64,000 nucleotides of DNA, taken from positions 1 through 64,000 of the IMG/VR virus record IMGVR_UViG_3300030202_003496. One strand, given 5' to 3'. Below are positions 51,682-60,890 of this stretch, one piece after another. The notes under the pieces were generated by a model that saw only the letters and a list, made by a program, of their open reading frames with translations, was not told where the DNA came from and did not search any database. The DNA is from a virus. Both the position numbers and the translations under genes were made by a program. The stretch's first letter is position 1. Each line of letters opens with the position of its first letter.

Positions 51682-54522
51682 ATGAAGGTAATTTTTATAG
51701 CTGATTTTTTTGTAAATCAAGTTTTTGGTGGGGGTGAGCTTGTTAATGAGGAGATAATAGACGGATTAAAAGCAAGAGGTATAAATGTAGAAAAAATAAA
51801 TTGCGAAAATTTTGATGCAAGCAAATCAGACAAAGATGCAGAATATTTAATAGGTAATTTTATATCTCTTACACCTTTCAGTAAAGATTATATAAAAAAC
51901 AATCTAAATTATTCAATTATAGAACATGACCATAAATATGTAACAGATAGAGATGTTTCAGGATATGAAAATTATATTGCACCTTCATATAAAATAATAA
52001 ATTCAGAATTTTATAAAAAAGCTAAAAGAGTTTATTGTCAATCATATTTACATAGTAACGTTGTATCAATGAATTTAGGATTGGATAATGTTGTAAACCT
52101 TTCAACAAGTATATGGTCTAAAGAACACTTGGACTTAATAGAATCTTATTGTGATACGCCAAAGAATAATAAAACTATGATTTTAGGTTCTAGCAATAAG
52201 ATAAAAAATACGCAAGGATGCATTGACTACTGTAATAACAATAACATCGACTATGACGTTGTAGGACCTCTTCCTTATAATGAGTTAATGAAAGAGATGT
52301 CAAAATATAAAAGCGTTTTGGTTTTACCAGGAGTACTTGAAACTTTTAATAGATTTTTGGTTGAGGCGAGAATGCTAGGCTGTACTATAAAAACAAATAA
52401 TAAGAATGGTTGTACTTCAGAAAGCTGGTTCCCTAAATTAAAAGGAAAAGAGCTTATAGATTTTATTAGAAAATCAAAAGAAGATTTTATAGAATCATTT
52501 ATATCAGAAGAACAAAAATTTCATAAGATAAACTATGGTAATGAAAATCATTTTAAGATTATTATACCTCTTTATAATGTAGAAAAGTGGATTGATAGAT
52601 GTTTAGGCTCTGTTATGTCACAGAATTATAAAAATTTCGAATGTATAATATTAGATGATATATCTACTGACAAGAGTGTAGAAGTAATTAGAAAAACTAT
52701 CAAACAAGATTCTAGATTTACGCTTATTGAAAATAAAGAAAAAGCTCTTGCTCTTAAAAATATATACGATGGTATAAAATATTCAAAGCCAGATGGAGAA
52801 GATATAATTGTAACGCTTGATGGTGATGATTGGTTTGAAAATGACAATGTGCTTACAAGATTAAATTCTATATATAACAATGATGATTGTTGGATAACAT
52901 ACGGAAGCTATATAGAATATCCTTCAAATACAAAAGGTAAATTTGCAAGGCAGGCACCTCAAAATATAATAAATGAAGGTTCATATAGAAAAAATGAATG
53001 GTATTTTTCTCATTTAAGAACATTCAAATATCATTTGTGGAACAGAATTAAAAAAGAAGATTTATTAGATTCTGAAGGTAATTTCTATCCTATGGCTTGG
53101 GACCTTTCATTTATGTTTCCAATGTTAGAGATGTCAGGTAACAAAAGTAGATATATCGACGATATCATGTATGTATATAATCTTACAAATCCTATAAACG
53201 ACCATAAAGTCAATCATGGTTTGCAGCAAAGGTTAGAAAATGAAATAAGAAACAAAAAACCTTATAAAAATCTAAATAAAAACAAATTAAATTTATTTAA
53301 TTGGAGTAGATTTGATTTGCCTATAAAAAGTATATTTCTTAATATGCTAGGTAAAAATACAGCATTTGGTAAAGATATATACAAAGAGCACTTGAGATTG
53401 TGGAATGGATTTAAGGAATACAACAATCCAAATAAAAATACATACGACGCATTTGAATTAGATTTTATTAAAATATATAATGACATGAAATCAAATAACT
53501 TTGATTGGAATAAGTCACCAGTTGTTGTCGATAATGAAGATTATCTTCTTAATGGCTCTCATAGAACTGCAGCTGCATCAAAGCTAGATATAGAAGTAAA
53601 AACAGTAGAAGGTAATAATATAAAAGACGGTCAAAAAGTATGTGATTATAATATGTTCCAAAAGCTAGGACTTAATCAGGATTATATGGATGCTGCAGCA
53701 CTTGAAATGGTAAGAAAAAACAAAGACTTGCTTGTTGTAAATATATTCCCTGCAGCAGTGGGCAATAGAAGAGAGTTAGAGAGCATATTAAATCAGACGT
53801 GTAATATTGCATACAAAAAACATATCAATTTTAACACAAAAGGGGCTCTGAATTATATGTTTCAATTATATAAAGGAGAACCCTGGGCTGGAAATAGAAA
53901 TAATAATTTTGCAGGTTTTAGAGAGAAGATGGGATATTGCTTTCCAAGCGATGGCGATATGACAATGTATTTAATAGAACTAAAAGACAAATCATTAGCA
54001 GTAAATATAAAAGAAAGAATAAGAAAAATATATGGAATAGGAAATCATTCAATTCATATTAACGATACCTACGAAGAAACATTAAGACTTTCTCGATGCT
54101 TATTAAATAAAAATAGTATTCACTTTCTAAATAATTCTCAGTTTAGAGACTATCCTAAATTTTATAATTCATTAAAATATTATGAAGACTACATTGATAA
54201 AAATGGATTAAACCACGAAGATTATTGTATTACAGCTAGTGGAGTTTTATCTTTATATGGATTGAGAGAAGCTGCTGATGTAGATTATATTCACGATTGT
54301 GCTCATGAGGTTATAGACCCTACAGACAACATACATTCTCATAATAAATACGGAGTAGGCATATATAAAAAATCTTATCATGATATTATACATAATCCAG
54401 AAAATCATTTTTATTACGGAAATATAAAGGTTGCATCACTAGATGTTATAAAACAACTAAAAGAATATAGAGGTGAAGAAAAAGACAAGATAGATGTTTC
54501 ACTTATGGAGAAAGTAATATGA
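51682..54522 (+). CDS. Multidomain glycosyltransferase (GT-B-like + GT2 + C-terminal domains)
   Basis: GGGEL..., ETF.R..VEA; IIPLYN, DD.STD, LDGDD; later LLNGSHR and GLRE..DVD. Confidence 0.75.
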   Translation: MKVIFIADFFVNQVFGGGELVNEEIIDGLKARGINVEKINCENFDASKSDKDAEYLIGNFISLTPFSKDYIKNNLNYSIIEHDHKYVTDRDVSGYENYIAPSYKIINSEFYKKAKRVYCQSYLHSNVVSMNLGLDNVVNLSTSIWSKEHLDLIESYCDTPKNNKTMILGSSNKIKNTQGCIDYCNNNNIDYDVVGPLPYNELMKEMSKYKSVLVLPGVLETFNRFLVEARMLGCTIKTNNKNGCTSESWFPKLKGKELIDFIRKSKEDFIESFISEEQKFHKINYGNENHFKIIIPLYNVEKWIDRCLGSVMSQNYKNFECIILDDISTDKSVEVIRKTIKQDSRFTLIENKEKALALKNIYDGIKYSKPDGEDIIVTLDGDDWFENDNVLTRLNSIYNNDDCWITYGSYIEYPSNTKGKFARQAPQNIINEGSYRKNEWYFSHLRTFKYHLWNRIKKEDLLDSEGNFYPMAWDLSFMFPMLEMSGNKSRYIDDIMYVYNLTNPINDHKVNHGLQQRLENEIRNKKPYKNLNKNKLNLFNWSRFDLPIKSIFLNMLGKNTAFGKDIYKEHLRLWNGFKEYNNPNKNTYDAFELDFIKIYNDMKSNNFDWNKSPVVVDNEDYLLNGSHRTAAASKLDIEVKTVEGNNIKDGQKVCDYNMFQKLGLNQDYMDAAALEMVRKNKDLLVVNIFPAAVGNRRELESILNQTCNIAYKKHINFNTKGALNYMFQLYKGEPWAGNRNNNFAGFREKMGYCFPSDGDMTMYLIELKDKSLAVNIKERIRKIYGIGNHSIHINDTYEETLRLSRCLLNKNSIHFLNNSQFRDYPKFYNSLKYYEDYIDKNGLNHEDYCITASGVLSLYGLREAADVDYIHDCAHEVIDPTDNIHSHNKYGVGIYKKSYHDIIHNPENHFYYGNIKVASLDVIKQLKEYRGEEKDKIDVSLMEKVI

Positions 54523-55337
54523 AAAAATTAAGTGTACCTTTTTATGTTTCTACAAACAATAAAAATATGAGATGTCTACAGGTTTTTGTAGAATTATTTA
54601 ATAAATTTACAAATAAAAGTGAGCTTATTATATTGGGATATGACAAGCCAGATTTTGAACTTACCGAGAACTGCAAATTTGAGTCTATGGGAACTCAAGG
54701 ACCTGTTGAAGAATGGTCAACTGATTTGAGAAAATATTTTATAAAATATGCTCCTAAATATTTTATATATGGTACAGAAGACACATTTTTTTATAAAGAA
54801 ATGAACCACGATTATATAAACTATTTGACAGAGGTTGTAAAACTAAATCATCAAATTGGCAAGGTTCAGCTATGTGATGTAGCAGAAGAAAATGGATTTG
54901 CAATAGAAGAAAATCGTCATTATAAATCTAGAATATTAACAAATGTTAACGTACCTGAATTAAATATTGACTTTGATATGCATGTATTGATGAAATCTAA
55001 TTATTCAATAAACTGTCAACTTTCGTTATGGAATAAAGAATTTTTATTAAAATATTTGGAAGATGGTTATTCACCTTGGGATTTTGAAATAAAAGGCTCA
55101 ATTGCAGCGTATGATGAGACAGAATGGTATTCAATAATACTTGATAGACAATTTGGTATATTTAAGAAAGAAGGTTTTAGTGGTGGTTTAGATATTAAAG
55201 AACAGTGGACTTATAAAGAATATTGGTTTGATAAATTAGAAAATGAATGGCTTAAGACACAAATAAGCGAATGGGGAAACCCTATACTGGCTGGGCCAAA
55301 TGGACAGTTCGGAACATCGAAAATTAGCGAAAGGTAA
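54519..55337 (+). CDS. Hypothetical protein, probably glycan-related
   Basis: ED.F, Q.SLW.K, SPW.FE motifs; operon context. Confidence 0.5.
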   Translation: MKKLSVPFYVSTNNKNMRCLQVFVELFNKFTNKSELIILGYDKPDFELTENCKFESMGTQGPVEEWSTDLRKYFIKYAPKYFIYGTEDTFFYKEMNHDYINYLTEVVKLNHQIGKVQLCDVAEENGFAIEENRHYKSRILTNVNVPELNIDFDMHVLMKSNYSINCQLSLWNKEFLLKYLEDGYSPWDFEIKGSIAAYDETEWYSIILDRQFGIFKKEGFSGGLDIKEQWTYKEYWFDKLENEWLKTQISEWGNPILAGPNGQFGTSKISER

Positions 55338-55338
55338 T

Positions 55339-56001
55339 ATGAAAAATATAGTTATATTAGCAGCAGGTCCACCAAAGCCAAATAGAAATAGACATTTAGA
55401 ATTATATAAAGGTCAAAAAATTATTGACATAGTAATTAAGAAATGTACAATTGAAAATACAAAATTATATGCTGTTGTTGATGAGAGAAATATCGAACTA
55501 ATAAACCATATAAAGGACAGAGTAAAATTACTTTACCCTAAAGATGGTAAAATATATAGTACATTTGAATCTGCTCTTTCTGTAGAAGGAGACACAATTA
55601 TGGTTGTCGGAGACCTTGTAGGATTAAAAGAAGGTGATATAAATAGATTTGTAGAATCGAAATACAAATCAGCAACTTGTATATATAAGCAGGCATGGGG
55701 TTTACATATAAAGTCTAAATATCCTAATCTAATAAGACGAGGTGATTGCGGTGATTGTATATCAATGATAGGTCAAGAACATAAAAAAGAATTTTTAGGT
55801 GAAAAAAATCAAATTGTGTATAAATGGCTATTTCATCAATTTTATCCAGAAAAAGAAATAAACCACGAAATTTATAATGATGTAGGAACATTTATGTCAT
55901 ACGCATTTTTTCAAAAAATATGGTCGAATCCATTATGTAGTGAATTCGGTGACAAAGGCTCTGTATATTTTGAACACAAAGTATATGCAGATAACGACTA
56001 A
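55339..56001 (+). CDS. Nucleotidyltransferase-like (NTP_transf fold) protein
   Basis: MKNIVILAAG N-terminus and V.GD motif. Confidence 0.5.
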   Translation: MKNIVILAAGPPKPNRNRHLELYKGQKIIDIVIKKCTIENTKLYAVVDERNIELINHIKDRVKLLYPKDGKIYSTFESALSVEGDTIMVVGDLVGLKEGDINRFVESKYKSATCIYKQAWGLHIKSKYPNLIRRGDCGDCISMIGQEHKKEFLGEKNQIVYKWLFHQFYPEKEINHEIYNDVGTFMSYAFFQKIWSNPLCSEFGDKGSVYFEHKVYADND

Positions 56002-56058
56002 AATATTTTTATATGTCGTAAAAATTTATTATATTAAATAAAAACAGAGGAATTAAAG

Positions 56059-56928
56059 ATGAAGACGATTAAAGAATTATTAAACGACAGTTCTAAAACT
56101 AACATAGTTATTGGAGCAAACAATGCTATGATAGCTGAAATAGCTTTACGAGCTGGTTATGATGGTGTTTGGGTATCTAGTTTCGAATCACATGCTTGGA
56201 ATCTATTACCAGATGCAAACATTCTAAATACTGCAGATTATTTTGACACAATCAGTAAAATTAGTGACAGAATAAGTATACCTATTTTAGTTGATGCAGA
56301 TGAAGGCGGGCCAAGTTCTATCAATACAATTAGAATGGTTAGAGAATATGAAAAGGCAGGAGCTTCTGCAATGTGTTTTGAAGACAATCCTTCTCCAAAG
56401 AGATGTTCTTTTTATGGAATGAAGCAGAGTTTAGAGACACCAGAGATTATGTGCGGTAAAATTAAAGCTGCAGTAGAAAAAAGATTGGATAAAGATTTTG
56501 CTATAATTACTAGAACAGAAGCGTTAATTCAAGGACATGGACATGATGTTGCAATGGAAAGAGCTAGAATGTATAATGATGCTGGCTGCGATGCTTTCTT
56601 GATTCATAGTAAAAGTAAGAATCCTGACGAAGTATTAAAATTTGCAGATATGTATCATAAGGCAGGGTTAAGAGCTCCACTTGTATGTGTACCTACAACT
56701 TATAATACAGTAAATATAAGTGAATTAAATAGTGCAGGATTTAGTCTTGTTATATATGCAAATTATTCTGTTAGAGCTGCTGTAAAATCTATAGAAGATG
56801 TATTTGCAAAAATGAAAGAAGGTGGTTCGCTATCTCATGCAAATGATGATATTGTTTCTATGGAAGATATATTCGATTTAATTAGAGTTGACCAATTAAA
56901 AGAAAATCAAGAAAAATATGGCTCTTAA
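56059..56928 (+). CDS. pepM: Phosphoenolpyruvate mutase
   Basis: G.WVSS, PDA, DAD.G, EDxxxPKxxS loop, R.EALI.G.G, LIHSK, VPTTY, IYAN; adjacent Ppd genes. Confidence 0.85.
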   Translation: MKTIKELLNDSSKTNIVIGANNAMIAEIALRAGYDGVWVSSFESHAWNLLPDANILNTADYFDTISKISDRISIPILVDADEGGPSSINTIRMVREYEKAGASAMCFEDNPSPKRCSFYGMKQSLETPEIMCGKIKAAVEKRLDKDFAIITRTEALIQGHGHDVAMERARMYNDAGCDAFLIHSKSKNPDEVLKFADMYHKAGLRAPLVCVPTTYNTVNISELNSAGFSLVIYANYSVRAAVKSIEDVFAKMKEGGSLSHANDDIVSMEDIFDLIRVDQLKENQEKYGS

Positions 56929-57349
56929 TAAATTATTTGATAAGTTATACGAAGAAGGTTATAGGTTTTTTACAGGTGTACCTGATAGCTTACTTAAGCC
57001 TTTTCAGGATAGTATTGATGGTGATAGCAAGGCGTCTTTTAATCCTAAAGCTTTACCTGATTGGAAACATATTATTGCAACAAACGAAGGTCAAGCAATA
57101 GGCATGGCTGTAGGTGCTGAACTGGCTGGAACTAAATCTTGTGTATATTTACAAAATTCAGGTTTAGGAAACTGCATAAACCCTTTAACAAGTTTATGCA
57201 TACCTTATAATATAAAACCTTTATTAGTAATAGGCCATAGACACACACTACCTCAGCATAAAGTTATGGGTGAGACAGATGAGGCTATGCTAAAGTTAAT
57301 TGGTTATGAAAATTATATGATAATCAAAGGAGATAACAATGTCGGATAA
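56918..57349 (+). CDS. Phosphonopyruvate decarboxylase, N-terminal (alpha) subunit
   Basis: FFTGVPDSLLK, NEG.A.G.A.G, YLQNSGLGN..NPL.SL, PQH..MG. Confidence 0.88.
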   Translation: MALNKLFDKLYEEGYRFFTGVPDSLLKPFQDSIDGDSKASFNPKALPDWKHIIATNEGQAIGMAVGAELAGTKSCVYLQNSGLGNCINPLTSLCIPYNIKPLLVIGHRHTLPQHKVMGETDEAMLKLIGYENYMIIKGDNNVG

Positions 57350-57836
57350 GACAGTAAGCAGAGAAAGAGCAATACAAATAATATTTCAAAAACATGGAAA
57401 GTATGCTATTTATGTGACAAATACAGGTTATATATCTCGAGCTGTATATAAACTGTTTCCTGATATGGAAAATATATTTTATATGCAAGGAAGTATGGGA
57501 CTGGCACCAGCGATAGGCTTAGGAATTGCCGAGCATACTGACAGACCTGTCGTAGTATTAAGCGGTGATGGCGCTCTGTTAATGCATTTAGGAATCACAC
57601 ATACAATTAGAGACACATACAGTAAAAATTTATATGTATATGTTTTAGATAATGGTTCACATGAATCAGTGGGGGATTATCCTGTATCTCAACTACAGCG
57701 TGATGTTGCAGGGCAGTGTTCATATCCAGGTATAGATAAAATATTAAAAATAAAAAAAGATGGAAAGCTTCCTAGAGTAGGAATTGATTGTGTACAGAAT
57801 GCAATAAATATTAAAGAAGAAATAAAAAATGGGTAA
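57339..57836 (+). CDS. Phosphonopyruvate decarboxylase, ThDP-binding (beta) subunit
   Basis: TG.ISR, FYM.GSMG, GDGA.LM.LG, DNG.HESVG. Confidence 0.88.
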   Translation: MSDKTVSRERAIQIIFQKHGKYAIYVTNTGYISRAVYKLFPDMENIFYMQGSMGLAPAIGLGIAEHTDRPVVVLSGDGALLMHLGITHTIRDTYSKNLYVYVLDNGSHESVGDYPVSQLQRDVAGQCSYPGIDKILKIKKDGKLPRVGIDCVQNAINIKEEIKNG

Positions 57837-58800
57837 ACTATTATTAAATCCAGGGCCTACAAATACTAGGTTTAGAACAAAACTTGCTCAATGGCTTGGT
57901 TCTGATATCTGTCATCGAACAGATGAATTTGATAATATTCTTTCTGAAACAAAAAATATTTTACTTAAAGGATTCGAAAACCACCACGCTGCAATAATTG
58001 GAGGTAGCGGTACTACTGCTATGGAAGCAATGATATCCTCTCTTGTCGAAAACATAACTGTTATAAATGCTGGTATTTATGGCCAGCGCGCAGTTGATAT
58101 GATGGAAGTTTATGGAATAAAATATAAAGAAATAAAATGTACTTCCATTGATGAGTTAAAACAAAATAAAAAAATAAAAAATTTATATTTTGTTGAAAAC
58201 GAAACAACAACTGGTGAAAAATTCGACGTAAATAAAATTTCAGAATTATATCCAAATGCTAATTTGTTTATTGATACAACATCTGCATTTGGTGCTTCTG
58301 ACTATTCTAATATTAAAATAGCCGCAATGTGTTTTTGCAGTAATAAATGTTTACAGTCTACTCCAGGTCTTGGTATTGTTATTTTTAATAAAGATTTGAA
58401 AATTAAAAAAAGGTCTTATTATCTAAATCTTGAAAAATATATAGGTAAAGACATACCTTTTACATTACCAGTTCAATCTGTATGTGCCTTAAATAAAACA
58501 CTAAAAATATCTAAAAATAATAAAGATGATTTTGATATTAGAAAAGATAGACTTATTAAAAAGTTTTCAGAAATAGGAATACAATGTATCAATAAAAATC
58601 CTAGTAATTCAATTATAGGTTTTGTGCATCCTAAAATGAGTTATGAAAAGTTGAGAGATTTTTTATTAAACGAAAACATTGTTATTTATGCTGGAATAAA
58701 AGGTATTAAAAATAGTTTTAGAATATCTACTATGAGTACAAAATTTGATAAAAACTTTAATAGAATTATAGGATTGTTTCATGAAACGTGTTTATTCTGA
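57829..58800 (+). CDS. 2-aminoethylphosphonate transaminase (PLP class V, PhnW/AepZ-like)
   Basis: LLNPGP, GSGT.AME, G.YG.R, ETTTG, D..S.FG, SNKCLQ..PG. Confidence 0.85.
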   Translation: MGKLLLNPGPTNTRFRTKLAQWLGSDICHRTDEFDNILSETKNILLKGFENHHAAIIGGSGTTAMEAMISSLVENITVINAGIYGQRAVDMMEVYGIKYKEIKCTSIDELKQNKKIKNLYFVENETTTGEKFDVNKISELYPNANLFIDTTSAFGASDYSNIKIAAMCFCSNKCLQSTPGLGIVIFNKDLKIKKRSYYLNLEKYIGKDIPFTLPVQSVCALNKTLKISKNNKDDFDIRKDRLIKKFSEIGIQCINKNPSNSIIGFVHPKMSYEKLRDFLLNENIVIYAGIKGIKNSFRISTMSTKFDKNFNRIIGLFHETCLF

Positions 58801-59173
58801 TATTGTGGGGGACCTGTTTCATATTGGACATATAAATATGTTTAAGCAGGCTAGAGAATATGGTGACTATTTAATTGTAGGTGTGCACTCTGATAAAACA
58901 GTAGAATCATATAAAAGAAAGCCTGTAATATCAGAGAATGATAGATACGAAATTGTAAAAAACTGTAAATTAGTCGATGAGGTAATTATAGATGCACCTT
59001 TGGTAATTACACAAGATTATATAAAAGAAAACAGAATAGATATTATAATACATGGCGACGATAATCTTTTTTTAGAAAATTATAAGATACCAATAGAGAT
59101 GGGGATTATGAAATATACAAAGTATACAAAAGGAATATCAACATCAGAAATTATTGAGAGGATAAAGAAATGA
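58781..59173 (+). CDS. Cytidylyltransferase (HxGH family)
   Basis: DLFHIGH, YKR.P, HGDD, ISTS.II.RI. Confidence 0.9.
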   Translation: MKRVYSDIVGDLFHIGHINMFKQAREYGDYLIVGVHSDKTVESYKRKPVISENDRYEIVKNCKLVDEVIIDAPLVITQDYIKENRIDIIIHGDDNLFLENYKIPIEMGIMKYTKYTKGISTSEIIERIKK

Positions 59174-59574
59174 AAATATATTCAAAGGTTGACGGTAGGT
59201 TATTACATATTATAAACAGAATTCATGACTTTCAAGGTAGAAAAGAAATGATACCCGAGGATAATTTTTTACAATGTGCTACATTAAGAATGGAAAAAGG
59301 AAAGACGTTCCCTCCACACAAACATATTATAAAAGATAGACATTATCCAGAACAGATTGCTCAAGAGTCATGGGTGGTAATCAAAGGAAGCGTAAAATGT
59401 ATATTCTATGACATTGATGATAAAATAATTGCTGAACCTATATTAAAACCAGGTGATGCTAGTTTTACTTTATACGGTGGTCATACATATGAAATATTAG
59501 AAGATGATACTTTGGTATATGAATATAAAACAGGGCCTTATGAAGGACAGAAATTAGACAAGGAGTTTATATAA
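59170..59574 (+). CDS. Cupin-fold protein (WbuC/sugar isomerase-like)
   Basis: PHKH, QE...V..G, GGH, E.K.GPY. Confidence 0.7.
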   Translation: MKIYSKVDGRLLHIINRIHDFQGRKEMIPEDNFLQCATLRMEKGKTFPPHKHIIKDRHYPEQIAQESWVVIKGSVKCIFYDIDDKIIAEPILKPGDASFTLYGGHTYEILEDDTLVYEYKTGPYEGQKLDKEFI

Positions 59575-60266
59575 TGACTGATAAAGAAATAAATAAAGAA
59601 TTATTTTTAGACTTTTTTGTAAATAAAAAAGATTTAACAATTATGGATGTAGGGACATACGATGGTAAGGATAGTATGGAATTTAGCAAATTATTTCCTC
59701 AATCAGAAATATACTCTTTCGAGGCAGACAAAAGGTCTGTAGATGTTTTTAATAAAATTGCAGGAGATGTAAAAAATATAAATTTAATTGAAACTGCTCT
59801 ATCAAATGTTGATGGCGAAATAGATTGGTATGCTAGCGATAGTGATACGCGAAGACATTATGATTTTGAAAACGGATGGTCGGCATCAAGCTCGATTAAA
59901 AAACCTGATAATCATTTGAATATATTTAAGGACGTTTCGTTTAACAAAAATTCAAAAGTAAAATCTATGAAACTAGATACTTGGATGAGTGAAAATAAAA
60001 ATATAAAAAATATAGATATAATGTGGGTAGATGTTAACGGAGGTGAAAAAGAGTTTATAGAAGGTGCAATATATACATTAAAAAATAAGGTAAATTATTT
60101 ATATATAGAATTTAATGGCGTTGACAATAGAAAGCTATATAAAGATTGCCCAACAGCAGATGATATAAAAGAAACACTAAGTACATTTTCAGAAATTGGA
60201 ATATACAATTTTATGGGAAATTTTGGAAACATATTATTAAAAAATGGAGCATTAAATGAGCTTTAA
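59574..60266 (+). CDS. FkbM-family SAM methyltransferase
   Basis: DVG...G, FEAD, ALS, SSS, LD, DV.G.E. Confidence 0.85.
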   Translation: MTDKEINKELFLDFFVNKKDLTIMDVGTYDGKDSMEFSKLFPQSEIYSFEADKRSVDVFNKIAGDVKNINLIETALSNVDGEIDWYASDSDTRRHYDFENGWSASSSIKKPDNHLNIFKDVSFNKNSKVKSMKLDTWMSENKNIKNIDIMWVDVNGGEKEFIEGAIYTLKNKVNYLYIEFNGVDNRKLYKDCPTADDIKETLSTFSEIGIYNFMGNFGNILLKNGALNEL

Positions 60267-60888
60267 TAAAATAGCAGAGTTCGAAAATAAGATAGCAGAG
60301 TTTTTTGGTGCACCTCATGCAGTTGCTGTCGATTGTTGTACTCACGGAATAGAGCTATGTTTAAGATATCAAAATCTTTCATATATCAATGTTCCTAGAC
60401 AGACATATATTTCAGTTCCTTTTTTATCAAAAAAATTAAATATAGAATTACAATGGACAGATGAAAAATGGAAAGACTATTATTGTGTTAACGAACATTT
60501 TATACCAATATATGATGCAGCAGTACTATGGAAAAAAGATAGTTATATTCCAAAAACTTTTATGTGTATTAGCTTTCAATTTAGAAAACACCTAAGTTTA
60601 GGAAGAGGTGGTGTTATATTATGTGATAATAAGAAAGACGCATTAGAATTAAAGAAAATGACATATGATGGAAGACATCCAGATATCCCTTGGAGAGACC
60701 AAAATATAAGCACAATGGGGTATCATTATTATATGACACCAGAAACAGCAGAATTAGGTTTGTCAAAACTACAAAAAGCAATAGAAACAAAACCTGTGCA
60801 GTGGAAAATTGATGACTGGCCAGATGTTTCAAAGATGGAAATATTTAACAAAAAAGAAGAGGTAGACCCTTACTTACAAACGAGGTAA
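60256..60888 (+). CDS. DegT/DnrJ-family sugar aminotransferase (short)
   Basis: FE..IA, AVAV..CT, DAA, SFQ..K.L..G.GG. Confidence 0.8.
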   Translation: MSFNKIAEFENKIAEFFGAPHAVAVDCCTHGIELCLRYQNLSYINVPRQTYISVPFLSKKLNIELQWTDEKWKDYYCVNEHFIPIYDAAVLWKKDSYIPKTFMCISFQFRKHLSLGRGGVILCDNKKDALELKKMTYDGRHPDIPWRDQNISTMGYHYYMTPETAELGLSKLQKAIETKPVQWKIDDWPDVSKMEIFNKKEEVDPYLQTR

Positions 60889-60890
60889 TT

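Noticed and set aside
56918-57836. Sulfopyruvate decarboxylase ComDE (coenzyme M/sulfonate pathway)
   Set aside because: Same family and split architecture, but the flanking PepM and AEP transaminase genes make phosphonopyruvate the more parsimonious substrate.
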